Part shown: positions 9,319-19,935 of the stretch, piece by piece
How the letters are laid out: every line of letters begins with the position of its first letter
Numbering within the stretch: the stretch's first letter is position 1
Assembly (NCBI GenBank): GCA_012514745.1
Contig: JAAYZR010000006.1
Location: 37,889-101,888, forward strand
From: Candidatus Undivivens industriae
GTDB lineage: Bacteria > Omnitrophota > Gorgyraeia > Gygaellales > Profunditerraquicolaceae
Reading direction: 5' to 3'
Length of the DNA: 64,000 bases
The notes under the pieces: generated by a model
Told to the model about the DNA's origin: nothing
The model's input: the letters and a program-made list of their open reading frames with translations, nothing else
The model's database searches: none
Translations under genes and position numbers: made by a program

Positions 9319-9792
9319 TTATCCTTCTTTACCGTATTTCGAAACTATTTCCATTACCTGCCCCTTGGAAACCTTGCCGTAAACCTTGTCGTCCACCATC
9401 AACACCGGAGCAAGCCCGCAGCACCCCAGGCACCTGACGACGTCGAGATGAAAAAGCCCGTCCTTGGTCGTCTCGCCTTCTTTTACGGAGAGAATGCTCT
9501 TGACCTCTTCCAATATGACCGGAGCGCCTTTAAGATAACAGGCTGTCCCCAGGCAGACGGATATCCTGTGCTTCCCCGGAGGTTCAAGCTTGAAATAATT
9601 GTAAAAGGTGATGACCTCGTAGATACGGGCAAGCGGAATTTCCAACAGGCGGGACAATTGCAACGACACTTCTCTCGGAACATACCCGAAATGATTCTGC
9701 ACGGCGTGCAGCAGCATGATCAGGTTGCCTTCTTTGCCCTTCCAGTCCTCTACGATGGGTTTGAGCTGTTCCAGGATATGTTCTGAACACAT
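9319..9792 (-). CDS. hydC: NuoE-like [2Fe-2S] subunit (HydC/HndA)
   Basis: VCLGTACYLKG and VRCLGCCGLAP motifs; probable start MCSEHI at 9792, not 9894. Confidence 0.93.
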   Translation of the reverse strand: MCSEHILEQLKPIVEDWKGKEGNLIMLLHAVQNHFGYVPREVSLQLSRLLEIPLARIYEVITFYNYFKLEPPGKHRISVCLGTACYLKGAPVILEEVKSILSVKEGETTKDGLFHLDVVRCLGCCGLAPVLMVDDKVYGKVSKGQVMEIVSKYGKEG

Positions 9793-9987
9793 ATTTAAAG
9801 GCCCTTTCCGAAAACGGCGCCCGGTCCTTGAGTGAAAAAAATAAATACACCTGTGGCCTTGAACAGATGCGCCGTAAACGCTTGTTCCGGCCACACGTCG
9901 TTGTGTGAAATTCGACTATTGCAACGGATAAACATCCGGCAGGACTGAGGCGCGGCTTCGCAGTTGCGCGCTGCCGCGTTAGCTTTT

Positions 9988-10015
9988 ATATTATCACAAC
10001 GGGCTGTGCTGTCAA
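9988..10015 (-). promoter_or_regulatory. Sigma70 promoter of the hydrogenase operon
   Basis: Minus strand TTGACA (10015-10010), 16-nt spacer, extended TGn-TAATAT (9993-9988). Confidence 0.65.
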
Positions 10016-10049
10016 CAATTTTCGTGCCGCCGAAGAAAAGCGCGGAGTT

Positions 10050-10730
10050 TTACTTGCGCGCCCAGAGCTTTTCTATGAAATCGCCGGCGATCCTTCCTAT
10101 TATATCCTTGCATCCCAGCCCAATGGCAATAGCCAATCCAAGGCCCAGAGAAGCCAGAATTATACCGACTGTCAACTCGACGATACGGGCGCCGATATTG
10201 AGATGATCCATAGCCAAGGCTATAACGAAGATCATCACGGTGACCTCCACTATACGGCTCAAAAGACGCCCTTCCGAAAGGCCGGCGTTATTGGCTGCCG
10301 CGGAGACCATGTTCTTCAACAGATTGGATATAAATATCCCGACTACGAAGATAAATACCGCCGCTATCACGTTGGGGATATATAATATGACGCGGTTAAG
10401 AAGATCCACCGCCACCGTCAAACCGACCGCGTTGATCGCAAGCATAAGGGTTACCAGCATAGACAGCCAGTAACAAAGCACCCCCATCAGTTCCGATAGG
10501 GAATACTTGATGCCGCCTTTGGCCAGCAGGCCGTCCATACCCACTTTATCCGAAAGAATATCCAGTTTCACTCCGCGCAGACCGCGCGTCACGGCGGCCT
10601 TTATGCCCCGCGAGACTATCCACCCTACAAACAGTATCAGGACCACAATGAAGACATTCACGAGCAGATGGCCGACCTCGACAATGATCGTCTTTGCCGG
10701 TTCCAGCAACAAAGCTTTCCATCCTTCCAT
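10050..10730 (-). CDS. Membrane protein with repeated MscS-type TM-helix domains (CmpX-like)
   Basis: Multi-TM; LYIPNVIAAVFI and GLAIAIGLGCKD motifs; SD AAGGAGG. Confidence 0.8.
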   Translation of the reverse strand: MEGWKALLLEPAKTIIVEVGHLLVNVFIVVLILFVGWIVSRGIKAAVTRGLRGVKLDILSDKVGMDGLLAKGGIKYSLSELMGVLCYWLSMLVTLMLAINAVGLTVAVDLLNRVILYIPNVIAAVFIFVVGIFISNLLKNMVSAAANNAGLSEGRLLSRIVEVTVMIFVIALAMDHLNIGARIVELTVGIILASLGLGLAIAIGLGCKDIIGRIAGDFIEKLWARK

Positions 10731-10874
10731 GTTTATTCCTCCTTAATGGGCGCATAACTCTCTTAAACGCCTGCAAGGCGTAAGTATGAGTTGACTGCGC
10801 GAAGTAATCCCGAAACGCGCACAGGAAATTTTGCAAAAATCTCCAAACATATGCGCAAAGGGCCTATTGGGCAT

Positions 10875-10903
10875 AACTTAGCACAACACAAAACTAAAGT
10901 AAA
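10875..10903 (-). promoter_or_regulatory. Putative sigma70 promoter for the MscS-TM gene
   Basis: Minus strand TTTACT-17 nt-TAAGTT with extended TG in an AT-rich patch. Confidence 0.4.
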
Positions 10904-11027
10904 GCCATTTCTTTGCTTAAAGTCTAAAGCTAAATTAAGAAATCGGTGGGCGTTAGGTTCCGGGTTCTTAAAGGACATGCCAACTGCAGAAATTTCCGGT
11001 TTTCAAGCCGAAGAGCTTCATTGCGGT

Positions 11028-11801
11028 TCAGGATAGTCTCATCATCATCCCGTCCTTGGCCGCGAGCACCGGTATGCCGCAGCGGTCGGACAATTCGTCG
11101 GCGGCGCGGCGGGGGTCTTTCTTGAGCATGGTCATGCCGAAATGAGTGAGTACAGCCCGGCCCGGCCTGCATTCTCTCAGCACGTGCTCCACGTCGGCCA
11201 GGCTTAAATGTTCAATGCCGGGGCGCGGCTCGGCAAGAACGACGGACACTATCAGTATGTCCACCCCGCCGTAAAAAGCCTCCAGGCCTTTAAAATAACC
11301 GGTGTCGGCAAGGAAAGCGGCGTTTCTGCCGCCCGCGGAGAATTTAATACCGTAAGTCTCCGCCGGATGGCGGTGGCGCATGGACGTATGGAATGTGAAT
11401 CCTCCGGCATTGTAGGATTTCAACGGAGAGAGCATCTCGATGCGTTCAGGGGCGCCGCGCAGGTATTCCAGTATTACGGGATCGGTCGAAACGGCGTCGG
11501 GAGGACAGAACACCGCTCCTCTCTTCCGGAAGCCGCCTTCGGTCATCGCCTCGATCATAACATTTATGTCCCCGGAATGATCGAGATGCCGGTGCGTAAG
11601 TATAATGCCGTTCAGTTTGGAGGGGTTCAGTCTGGGCCTGCTTGAGGTGCAGCGCACCAGGCTTCCCGGACCGGGGTCGATCAAAACGTCGTTCCCTCCG
11701 GAATGGACCCAGATGCCGCCGGAGGAGCGCACCTGCTTGATCATCACGAAACGGGCCCCTGCCGTACCGAGAAACTTTATGTAATCGCCGCCGTCCTTCA
11801 T
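11028..11801 (-). CDS. MBL-fold metallo-hydrolase (RNase Z/PhnP-like)
   Basis: KFLGTAG, LIDPGPG, THRHLDH, ADTG, LTHFG; ATGA overlap with upstream gene. Confidence 0.9.
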   Translation of the reverse strand: MKDGGDYIKFLGTAGARFVMIKQVRSSGGIWVHSGGNDVLIDPGPGSLVRCTSSRPRLNPSKLNGIILTHRHLDHSGDINVMIEAMTEGGFRKRGAVFCPPDAVSTDPVILEYLRGAPERIEMLSPLKSYNAGGFTFHTSMRHRHPAETYGIKFSAGGRNAAFLADTGYFKGLEAFYGGVDILIVSVVLAEPRPGIEHLSLADVEHVLRECRPGRAVLTHFGMTMLKKDPRRAADELSDRCGIPVLAAKDGMMMRLS

Positions 11802-12283
11802 TCTTCCTTCTTCTTGAGCCATAATCTGCCGAGTTCCTCGTTGATGCGTTCGCGCTGTACCGGCGTAACCTGACGCTGCTCTTCTTTTTCCCTGTTATGC
11901 GGGCCCTTCTTAGGGCCGGCGGCAAGAAAATCCGCGGGATCCATTACCTGGGCTCCGCAGGCGCGCACGGCCGAAACTATCCTTCCGTCGGCAGAGACCA
12001 CGCAGAACGAACGCGGGCGCGAAGAGGAAGCCACCCGGGAGATGATCTCGTCATCGGCGCTGCGATCGCCGGAAAACACTACGTGCACCGCTGAATAAGG
12101 CGACTGCCAGCCGAAAGAAGGCGGGTAGCCGTCGAAAAAAACTTCCACCCGGTTGTTGATACTGCCGCAAAGCCTGCGGTTGACGATACAGGAAAGAAGC
12201 GCGTTGCGCTCGTCGTTTCCGGAGCCGGTAAAAGCCGGGTGCCGGACAACGTTATATCCGTCGATAAGATAATGCCGGGACAT
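11798..12283 (-). CDS. NYN-domain (YacP/Rae1-like) ribonuclease
   Basis: YLIDGYNV, VFFDG, SADDEI, VVSADG motifs. Confidence 0.85.
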   Translation of the reverse strand: MSRHYLIDGYNVVRHPAFTGSGNDERNALLSCIVNRRLCGSINNRVEVFFDGYPPSFGWQSPYSAVHVVFSGDRSADDEIISRVASSSRPRSFCVVSADGRIVSAVRACGAQVMDPADFLAAGPKKGPHNREKEEQRQVTPVQRERINEELGRLWLKKKEE

Positions 12284-12400
12284 ATAAGGACAGATGCTGG
12301 GTGTCAGGTGCTGGTTTTTAGAAGATGAAGCCCGCTCTTAATTTCGGCGCGCATAATGTTTGAAGCCGCATATCCCGTGTTTTGTGCCTCATTCTCGGCT

Positions 12401-13300
12401 CTACAGGCCGATCTCCATACCCGTCAGGCGGCTGCAGGCCTCGAGATACTTGAGGCCCGTTTTTTCTATGATCTCCGGGGGCAGGGACGGGACTGTGGAG
12501 GGGGTTTTGTCCCAGTTAAGCCCTTCCAGGTAATCGCGCACGAACTGCTTGTCGAAGCTCGGCTGGGGGCCGCCGGGTTTATAAATATCCGCCGGCCAGA
12601 AACGCGAAGAATCCGGGGTAAGCACCTCGTCTATCAGTATGATTTCTTCTCCGTCGAGGCCGAACTCGAACTTGGTATCGGCTATGATTATCCCCCTGGC
12701 GGCGGCGTATTCCTCCGCGCGGCGGTATATGGAAAGGCTCATTTCCTCCAGGCTGTAAGCGGTCTTCTCTCCGAGCATTTTTCGCACGTAATCCACGCTG
12801 ACGTTTTCGTCGTGCCCGCTCTCGGCTTTGGTCGAAGGGGTGAAGATCGGGGCAGGAAGCTTTTCCGATTCTTTCAGCCCTGCGGGAAGTTTTACACCGC
12901 AGATGGAACCGCTCTTTTTATATTCTTTCCAGCCTGAACCGGAAAGATACCCCCTGACAATGCACTCCACCGGCAGAGGTTTGGTTTTCTTGACCAGCAT
13001 AGACCGGCCGAAGAGCTCTTGCGCGTAACGGCCCAGAGACTGCGGATAACCGGAAACATCCGCGGAAATAAAATGGTGTTTCACGGTTTCTGCCAGAAAA
13101 GAAAACCAGAAAAGAGAGACGGCGGTGAGCACTTTTCCTTTGCCGGGTATCCCCTCTTTCAGCACCACGTCGAAACAAGAGATGCGGTCGGTGGAAACTA
13201 CCAGCAGGCGGCCGCCGAGATCGTAAACATCCCGGACCTTGCCTCTCCTGAACAAAGGCAATTCCTTATAATCGGTAGACAACAATGCCCGCTCTCCCAT
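12401..13300 (-). CDS. purC: SAICAR synthetase
   Basis: [48 protein letters not shown]; start at MGERAL after SD GGAGG. Confidence 0.97.
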   Translation of the reverse strand: MGERALLSTDYKELPLFRRGKVRDVYDLGGRLLVVSTDRISCFDVVLKEGIPGKGKVLTAVSLFWFSFLAETVKHHFISADVSGYPQSLGRYAQELFGRSMLVKKTKPLPVECIVRGYLSGSGWKEYKKSGSICGVKLPAGLKESEKLPAPIFTPSTKAESGHDENVSVDYVRKMLGEKTAYSLEEMSLSIYRRAEEYAAARGIIIADTKFEFGLDGEEIILIDEVLTPDSSRFWPADIYKPGGPQPSFDKQFVRDYLEGLNWDKTPSTVPSLPPEIIEKTGLKYLEACSRLTGMEIGL

Positions 13301-13325
13301 CGCTCCTCCGCCCGCTGTTCCGCAA

Positions 13326-15134
13326 CTATTTACCGGTTCCGGCCTTGCCGCCGGTAAGCCTCTTGTGCAAAGCGTAATACTCCTGCCACAATTCTTCCGG
13401 CAGGTCGTCGCCAAAGGTCTTGAAGAATTCCTTTATACCCTTAAGTTCCTCAAGCCAGTCCTTCCTGTTGACCGCCAGCAGTTTTTTAATCGCCCCTTCC
13501 GCGAGGTTAAGCTTGGTCATATCGATGTCCTTAGGCCGCGGGAGGTAACCGATCGGGGTCTTTTGACAGCCTACCGTGCCGTTGCATCTGTCCAGTATCC
13601 ATTCCAGCACGCGCAGGTTCTCTCTGTATCCCGGCCAGAGGAATTTTCCATCCGCCCCGGTGCGGAACCAGTTCACGTGGAATATCCTGGGCGCCTTGGA
13701 CATTATCTTCCCCATATTCAGCCAATGCCTGAAGTAATGCCCCATATTGTATCCGCAGAACGGGAGCATCGCCATGGGATCGCGGCGCACCTCTCCCTGC
13801 TTGCCGTATTGAGCGGCGGTACGCTCCGAACCCATAGTGGCCCCGGCAAAAACACCGTGCCTCCAGTTGAAAGTTTCGTAAACCAGGGGCGCCAGGTGCT
13901 GTCTTCTTCCGCCGAAAACTACGGCGCTGATAGGCACGCCGTGATGATGTTCCAGCCTGAAAGTCGCGGAAGGGCACTGCGCCACGGGAGTGGTGAACCT
14001 GCTGTTGGGATGCGCCCCCAGCACCGGCCTGCCGTCCGCATCCTGCGCTCCGCGCTTCCACGGTCTCCCCTGCCAGTCTATTCCGGACTCCGGGACCTCG
14101 CCGTCCGCGCCCTCCCACCAGACGGTACCGTCAGGCTTGAGAAGGACGTTCGTGAAGATAGTGTTGCGCGTGATAGTCTGCACCATATTGGGATTGGTCT
14201 TGCTGTTCGTCCCGGGAGCGACGCCGAAAAAACCTGTTTCGGGGTTGACCGCCCATAACGAACCGTCGGTATCCACGCGCATCCAGGCGATGTCGTCTCC
14301 CACGGTCCAGACGCGGTACCCTTTGCGCTTCAGCCCCTCCGGCGGAACGAGCATCGCCAGATTGGTCTTGCCGCAGGCGCTGGGAAAAGCCGCCGCGATG
14401 TATTGGATCTGCCCGTTGGGGCGCTCGACGCCCATTATCAGCATATGCTCGGCAAGCCAGCCTTCTTTCTCCGCCATATGGCTGGCGATACGCAGGGAAA
14501 GACATTTCTTGCCGAGAAGAACGTTGCCGCCGTAACCGGAGCCGACGCTCCAGATAATGTTATCCTCGGGGAAATGCAGGATCAGCCGCCTTTCTATATT
14601 CAAATCCGCCTTGGAATGCAGGCATTTTGTGAAATCTTTATTTTTTCCCAGAAAATTAAGCACGGGCAGTCCGACCCTGGTCATTATTATCATGTTCAGG
14701 ACCACATATATCGAATCCGTCAGTTCCACCCCCACCTTGCTGAAAGGAGACCCCACGGGCCCCATCGAGAAAGGTATGACGTACATAGTGCGCCCCGACA
14801 TCGCTCCGGTGAAGATACCGCGCGCTTTATCATAAGCCTGCTGCGGCGGCATCCAGTTATTGATAGGCCCGGCGTCATGCTGCTTGCGCGTGCAGATAAA
14901 AGTAAGATGCTCTGTGCGCGCCACGTCGTTGGGGTTGGTACGGTGCAGAAAACAGCCCGGCAGTTCTTTGGGATTAAGCGGTATTATGTCGCCCATGGCC
15001 GCCGATTTGCTTTCCAGAGTTTTCTTCTGCTCCTGGCTCCCGTCTATCAACACGATGTCGTCCGGCCTGCACATAGCGGCCATCTCCGCGACCCAGTCGT
15101 TGAGCCCTTTATGTTCGAAAGTTATCCTGCCCAT
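13326..15134 (-). CDS. pckG: GTP-dependent phosphoenolpyruvate carboxykinase
   Basis: [47 protein letters not shown]. Confidence 0.97.
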   Translation of the reverse strand: MGRITFEHKGLNDWVAEMAAMCRPDDIVLIDGSQEQKKTLESKSAAMGDIIPLNPKELPGCFLHRTNPNDVARTEHLTFICTRKQHDAGPINNWMPPQQAYDKARGIFTGAMSGRTMYVIPFSMGPVGSPFSKVGVELTDSIYVVLNMIIMTRVGLPVLNFLGKNKDFTKCLHSKADLNIERRLILHFPEDNIIWSVGSGYGGNVLLGKKCLSLRIASHMAEKEGWLAEHMLIMGVERPNGQIQYIAAAFPSACGKTNLAMLVPPEGLKRKGYRVWTVGDDIAWMRVDTDGSLWAVNPETGFFGVAPGTNSKTNPNMVQTITRNTIFTNVLLKPDGTVWWEGADGEVPESGIDWQGRPWKRGAQDADGRPVLGAHPNSRFTTPVAQCPSATFRLEHHHGVPISAVVFGGRRQHLAPLVYETFNWRHGVFAGATMGSERTAAQYGKQGEVRRDPMAMLPFCGYNMGHYFRHWLNMGKIMSKAPRIFHVNWFRTGADGKFLWPGYRENLRVLEWILDRCNGTVGCQKTPIGYLPRPKDIDMTKLNLAEGAIKKLLAVNRKDWLEELKGIKEFFKTFGDDLPEELWQEYYALHKRLTGGKAGTGK

Positions 15135-15138
15135 AAGT

Positions 15139-16053
15139 TCAACCTTTCTTCAATAAATATTTGTGCGCGGAATCTGCGGCCGCCGCCGCTTCTCCGCAGG
15201 CGTTAACCACCTGATAGAGGCTCTTGCTCACGCAATCGCCGCAGGCGAAAACCCCTTCCCGAGAGGTTTCCATACCGCGGCCCGTGATTATAAAACCGTT
15301 TTCATCGATTTGCAGATGGTTGCGCAGGAAAGATGTGTTCGGCTGTATCCCCACGAAGATAAAAACACCCCGGCAGGAAAGAGAACTCTTTTCACCGCTG
15401 GAGGTATCCTTCAAGGAAACCGCTTCCACAAGATTCCTGCCCTCAATCTCTTCCAGCACCGCATTATAACGGAATTTTAGTCCCGCCCGCACCTTTGCCT
15501 TTTCCTGGAGGATCCCGGCGGCGCGCAGTTCGGAACGCCGGTGCACCACGGTGACGGAAGAGGCGTAATCGCAAAGGAATATGGCTTCTTCCAGCGCTTT
15601 GTCGCCGCCGCCCACCACAACCACGTCCTTACCGCGGAAAAAAGGCGCGTCGCAGGTGGCGCAATACGAGACTCCCCTGCCGGTCAATTCTTTTTCGCCT
15701 TTGACGCCCAGCCTCTTAGGCGCGGCCCCGCAGGCGATGATCAGACTACGCGCGCTGAACCGTCCCTCCATGGTCTCAATATTAACCGCCCCGCTGTCGA
15801 AAGAAACCCCGCCGGCTTCAGCGGTCTGGAAAACGACACCCGTGTCCGCGGCCTGTTGGCGGAATTTTTCCATCAATTCCGCGGTCCCTATCCCGCCCGG
15901 ATAACCGGGATAGTTCTCTATGCTCGCGGAAAGAAGTATCTGACCTCCGGGAGCGGATTTCTCCAAAACCAGAGTGTCCATCCTGTAACGCCCGGCGTAA
16001 ATCGCCGCGGTCAGCCCCGCGGGGCCGGCCCCCAATATGATCAGATCACGCAC
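15139..16053 (-). CDS. trxB: Thioredoxin-disulfide reductase
   Basis: GAGPAG, IENYPG, GVSYCATCD, VVGGGD, VHRR. Confidence 0.95.
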   Translation of the reverse strand: MRDLIILGAGPAGLTAAIYAGRYRMDTLVLEKSAPGGQILLSASIENYPGYPGGIGTAELMEKFRQQAADTGVVFQTAEAGGVSFDSGAVNIETMEGRFSARSLIIACGAAPKRLGVKGEKELTGRGVSYCATCDAPFFRGKDVVVVGGGDKALEEAIFLCDYASSVTVVHRRSELRAAGILQEKAKVRAGLKFRYNAVLEEIEGRNLVEAVSLKDTSSGEKSSLSCRGVFIFVGIQPNTSFLRNHLQIDENGFIITGRGMETSREGVFACGDCVSKSLYQVVNACGEAAAAADSAHKYLLKKG

Positions 16054-16912
16054 CGCCCGCCTCCTTGAATAAGGTTTCCGCCATGAACGAACTACGCACC
16101 AGCGGGCCGGAGAAAACAGCCTTGAACCCTATCTCCCGCGCCGCGTCTTCCAACGCGCGGAAGCGCTCCGGAACGACGAACTCCGCGACCGGAAAGGCCG
16201 CGCCGGAAGGAGCTATGTATTGTCCGAGAGTCACCATATCGCATCCATTATCTTTAAGCAGGCGCAAAGCATCCAGCACTTCGGGCGTTTTCTCTCCCAT
16301 ACCGAGCATAAGGGAGGATTTAGTCAGGATCCCCGGTTGCCGCGTCTTTATCCTTCTGAAAAGCGCAAGAGAAAAACCCGGATCGCTCCCGGGTTTGACC
16401 CGCTTGAACAACGCCGGCACGGTCTCAATGTTATGCCCTATAACCTCGGGCTTTTGCTCAAGCACAAGATCAAGCGCGGCAAAAGAACGTCCGAAATCCG
16501 GAATCAGCAGTTCCACGCGCGTGCCGGAAGCCGACTCCCGCAGGTTCCTGACGGCCGCGGCGAAAACCGAAGCCCCGCCGTCGGGAAGGTCGTCCCTGGT
16601 AACGGAAGTGATCACCGCGTATTTGATCCCGAGACGCGAAACAGCGGCGGCCACGCGCCCCGGCTCGAGCCGGTCCTGCGGCTCCCGTTCCGCGGGACGG
16701 AGCGCGATGTCGCAAAAAGCGCACCGCCTTGTGCAGCGTCTGCCCAGGATAAGAAAAGACAACTGCCGTCTTGAAAAACAAACTCCTGTGTTCGGACAGG
16801 CCGCCTCCCGGCAGACGGTATTCACCCGGAGTTCAGAGAGCGTTCCGGAAAAATCCTGAGAACTCCGGACGGGCAAAGGCTGGCGAAGCCATTCCGGCAG
16901 CCTGTTAATCAT
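16046..16912 (-). CDS. lipA: Lipoyl synthase
   Basis: CREAACPNTGVC (CX4CX5C), CTRRCAFC, C-terminal RSSF. Confidence 0.95.
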   Translation of the reverse strand: MINRLPEWLRQPLPVRSSQDFSGTLSELRVNTVCREAACPNTGVCFSRRQLSFLILGRRCTRRCAFCDIALRPAEREPQDRLEPGRVAAAVSRLGIKYAVITSVTRDDLPDGGASVFAAAVRNLRESASGTRVELLIPDFGRSFAALDLVLEQKPEVIGHNIETVPALFKRVKPGSDPGFSLALFRRIKTRQPGILTKSSLMLGMGEKTPEVLDALRLLKDNGCDMVTLGQYIAPSGAAFPVAEFVVPERFRALEDAAREIGFKAVFSGPLVRSSFMAETLFKEAGGA

Positions 16913-17106
16913 GCGGACATCTTTTTAAAATTGGAGACGGAACGATCGTAAGTCTTCTCCGCCTGCGGCGTAAAAAAACAACCCGGGATTTCCTTGCGGG
17001 CGCGGTGATAAGCGACGCACTCGCAGCAAAGCCCCCTGCGGCCGCATCCCGGATAACTACAGGCGCAGTTTGCGCTGTTCCTCTTCCGGTTCAGGCAGTC
17101 TGTCAT
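16909..17106 (-). CDS. Small Cys-rich protein (DUF6485-like)
   Basis: [21 protein letters not shown]...PGCFF...EKTYDRS; ATGA overlap with lipA. Confidence 0.75.
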   Translation of the reverse strand: MTDCLNRKRNSANCACSYPGCGRRGLCCECVAYHRARKEIPGCFFTPQAEKTYDRSVSNFKKMSA

Positions 17107-17605
17107 TCTCGGACCTCCGGTAAAGTTCGGCCAACTTTTTTTTCAGGCGCACTTTGTCAAATAAAGAAGCGTAATCCACTATCATGCGGCCCCTGAGATG
17201 GTCTATCTCGTGCTGGAAGACACAGGCAAGAAGGCCTTCGGCAGTTATGGTTACCGGATTAAAATCCTGGTCGAGCGCCCTAAGCGTTATTTTTCGGGCC
17301 CGGTTCACGTTCACCGATACCCCGGGAAGGCTCAAACACCCCTCTTCGAGGGACTGCTTGCCCTCCCTGCGGATTATCCGGGGGTTGATCAACTTATAAA
17401 GCCCGGTTCCTATGTCGGCCACCAGCATAGATTCACCGACGCCTATCTGCGGAGCGGCCAGGCCTATACCGGAATTAGCGTACATAAAACGGGCCATCGC
17501 GCTCAACAACTCGCGGTGCTCGGGCCCCGGAGTCTTGACGGACGCCGCTCTCGCGCGCAGGATTTCGCTGCCGTAGATTTCAATCTTTAAGTCTGTTTTT
17601 TTCAT
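17057..17605 (-). CDS. def: Peptide deformylase
   Basis: [23 protein letters not shown]. Confidence 0.97.
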   Translation of the reverse strand: MKKTDLKIEIYGSEILRARAASVKTPGPEHRELLSAMARFMYANSGIGLAAPQIGVGESMLVADIGTGLYKLINPRIIRREGKQSLEEGCLSLPGVSVNVNRARKITLRALDQDFNPVTITAEGLLACVFQHEIDHLRGRMIVDYASLFDKVRLKKKLAELYRRSENDRLPEPEEEQRKLRL

Positions 17606-17936
17606 CGACGTTGACGATAACCGGTTCTGCCCGCCCGGCAGCGGAATCTTCCAGGGAAACGTAGGTGACGATGATCACCACATCTCCCACCACCGCGCTG
17701 CGCGCCGCGGGACCGTTCAAACAGATCACCCCGGACCCTTTTGCTCCGGGGATGGCGTAAGTCTCCAGACGCTGGCCGTTATTAAGATTGAGGACTTCCA
17801 CTTTTTCGTGGGGGATTATATCGGCCTTGTCCATGAGCAGACGGTCTATGGTAATGCTGCCTTCGTAATTGAGGTTGGCCTCGGTCACCCTGGCCCTGTG
17901 TATCTTCGATTTAAGTACCGTTCTAAACATCTGCAC
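17580..17936 (-). CDS. panD: Aspartate 1-decarboxylase
   Basis: [18 protein letters not shown] (G-S self-cleavage site), NGPAAR. Confidence 0.97.
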   Translation of the reverse strand: MQMFRTVLKSKIHRARVTEANLNYEGSITIDRLLMDKADIIPHEKVEVLNLNNGQRLETYAIPGAKGSGVICLNGPAARSAVVGDVVIIVTYVSLEDSAAGRAEPVIVNVDEKNRLKD

Positions 17937-17948
17937 CTTCTCCTATAT

Positions 17949-19007
17949 TCAGCCGCGCTTCACCAGGCGGTACGTCTGACGGGCTATCATCAGTTCTTCG
18001 TTGGTCGGGACGACCAGCACGGCCGGTTTCTTGAGCATGGCGTCGAACGCGCCGCGGCATATTTCTTTGCGCACGTTAGCCTGGTTCTCGCCGATGCCCC
18101 CGGTGAAAACCAGCGCGTCGCAACCGCCCAGCACAGCGGTATAGGCGCCAATATATTTCTTCACCCTGTAACAGAACATCCTCACGGCCAAAGCTGAACG
18201 TTTATTGCCGGCCGCCGAAGCCTTATCCAGATCGCGCATATCGTTGCTTATACCGGAGACCCCCTTCAGCCCGCTTCTCTTGTTAAGGAGTTCTTCGATC
18301 TCCCCGGTATCCAGGCGCTTCTTGCGCATTATATAAGTGACCAGCGCCGGATCGATATCGCCGCACCTGGTCCCCATGAGCAGACCTTCCAGGGGCGTAA
18401 ATCCCATGCTGGTATCCACCGACCTGCCTTTGTCTATGGCCGCGATACTGCAGCCGTTACCGAGATGACAGGTAATGATCTTGAGAGAAGACAGTTTTCT
18501 GCCCAGCCTGGACGCCGCCTCCGCTGCTACGAACTCGTGGCTGGTTCCATGAAACCCGTATTTACGCACGCCGAATCTGGAGTAATATTCGTAAGGCAGT
18601 CCGTACATATAAGCGTGGTCCGGCATACTCTGATGGAAAGCGGTATCGAAGACCGCCGCCTGTTTCACTCCCGGAAGAAGCTTTTTGCAGGCGGTTATAC
18701 CGGAGAGATTGGCGGGATTATGCAACGGAGCGATGGCGCAGCATTTCTTTATCTTGGCGATCACGCCGTTATCCACCACCACCGGTTCACGAAAGCTTTC
18801 TCCGCCGTGCACTACCCTGTGGCCCACGGCATCCACCCCGGTGATCTCCGCCAGTATTTTTCTCAATCCGGAGAAATGATCCGGCACTTCGGATCCCCGC
18901 TCGCCTATATGCTCCACCACACCTTTTAACAGCGAATCCTCCGCGGGCATTAAGAACACCCTGTATTTAATCGAAGAACTGCCGCTGTTGATGACCAGGA
19001 TCTTCAC
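17949..19007 (-). CDS. ackA: Acetate kinase (compact, about 352 aa)
   Basis: ILVINSGSSSIK, GHRVVHGG, FDTAFH, YGFHGTSH, TNEEL; GTG start overlaps pta stop. Confidence 0.96.
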   Translation of the reverse strand: MKILVINSGSSSIKYRVFLMPAEDSLLKGVVEHIGERGSEVPDHFSGLRKILAEITGVDAVGHRVVHGGESFREPVVVDNGVIAKIKKCCAIAPLHNPANLSGITACKKLLPGVKQAAVFDTAFHQSMPDHAYMYGLPYEYYSRFGVRKYGFHGTSHEFVAAEAASRLGRKLSSLKIITCHLGNGCSIAAIDKGRSVDTSMGFTPLEGLLMGTRCGDIDPALVTYIMRKKRLDTGEIEELLNKRSGLKGVSGISNDMRDLDKASAAGNKRSALAVRMFCYRVKKYIGAYTAVLGGCDALVFTGGIGENQANVRKEICRGAFDAMLKKPAVLVVPTNEELMIARQTYRLVKRG

Positions 19008-19933
19008 AGGGCCCTCACTGCGATGACAGCGGCGCAGTCCACAATATCCTCCGCGGAACAGCCGCGGGAAAGATCGCTGCACGGCTTCGACAACCCGAGC
19101 AGGATCGGGCCGAGAGCCCTGGCTTTGGCCAGGCGCTGGGTTAGCTTATACGAGATGTTGCCTGCGGAGAGATCGGGGAATATCAGAATGTTGGCTTTGC
19201 CGGCCATGGGATTGCCGGGAGACTTTATACGCGCCACTTCCGGAACGATCGCCGCGTCTACCTGAAGTTCTCCGTCGGCCTCCAGGCGCGGGGCTTTCTC
19301 TTTCAGTATTTTCAGCGCCTCCACCATCTTTTCCACCGATTTGCCTTTAGCGGACCCTTTTGTTGAATAACTAAGAAACGCCAGGCGCGGCGGCATATCC
19401 AGTATTTTGCTTCCCATCTCGGCAGCAGCCAGGGCTATGGAAGCCAGTTGCTGGGCGTCCGGGTCCGTAATGACGCCGCAGTCGGCATATATAAACAACC
19501 CGTTCTGCCCGTATTCGCAGTCCGGAACATCCATTATAAAACAACTACAGGCAAGCCCGATATGCTTATCCACTCCCAGACAAAGGATCGAGGCCCTGAC
19601 CATATCCGGGGTCGTGTGCACCGCCCCTGCGACGAACCCGTCGGCACATCCGGCCCTGGTATCCATGGCCGCATAATACAAGGGGTCCTCGAAAATCATA
19701 GCGGCCTCTTCTCTGGTCATTCCTTTGGCCTTGCGCAACTGAAAGAACTCTTCCGCGTATTTCTCCTTCTTCGCCTTGTCTATCCTGTCCGGGGTCAGGA
19801 GCACCGCGCGCGCAATGCCTTCCCTGTTGAGTATTTCCGCCGCTTCCTGCGTGCGCTTGTCGCCGAATTCCGGCAGTAGTATGAGTTTCCCCGAAGCCTT
19901 AGCCTTTTCGCGTATCCTCAAGATGGAGTTCAT
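19004..19933 (-). CDS. pta: Phosphate acetyltransferase, catalytic domain only
   Basis: LSYSTKGSA, DGELQVDAA, IFPDLSAGNISYK, DLSRGCS. Confidence 0.95.
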   Translation of the reverse strand: MNSILRIREKAKASGKLILLPEFGDKRTQEAAEILNREGIARAVLLTPDRIDKAKKEKYAEEFFQLRKAKGMTREEAAMIFEDPLYYAAMDTRAGCADGFVAGAVHTTPDMVRASILCLGVDKHIGLACSCFIMDVPDCEYGQNGLFIYADCGVITDPDAQQLASIALAAAEMGSKILDMPPRLAFLSYSTKGSAKGKSVEKMVEALKILKEKAPRLEADGELQVDAAIVPEVARIKSPGNPMAGKANILIFPDLSAGNISYKLTQRLAKARALGPILLGLSKPCSDLSRGCSAEDIVDCAAVIAVRAL

Positions 19934-19935
19934 TT

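Noticed and set aside
9975-10000. Rex operator upstream of the hydrogenase
   Set aside because: Only one TTGTGA half-site, which overlaps the extended -10.
10871-10958. attC-like ends (ACCTAAC...GTTATGC on the minus strand)
   Set aside because: The L boxes do not pair, there is no integrase or cassette array, and the 3' part is better explained as a promoter.
10763-11036. Small ORFs (71 and 81 aa) in the AT-rich spacer
   Set aside because: Overlap promoter-like and hairpin sequences; no homology cues.
12346-12375. dif-like XerC arm GGCGCGCATAATGT
   Set aside because: No XerD arm (TTATGTTAAAT) follows, and gene orientation does not switch here.
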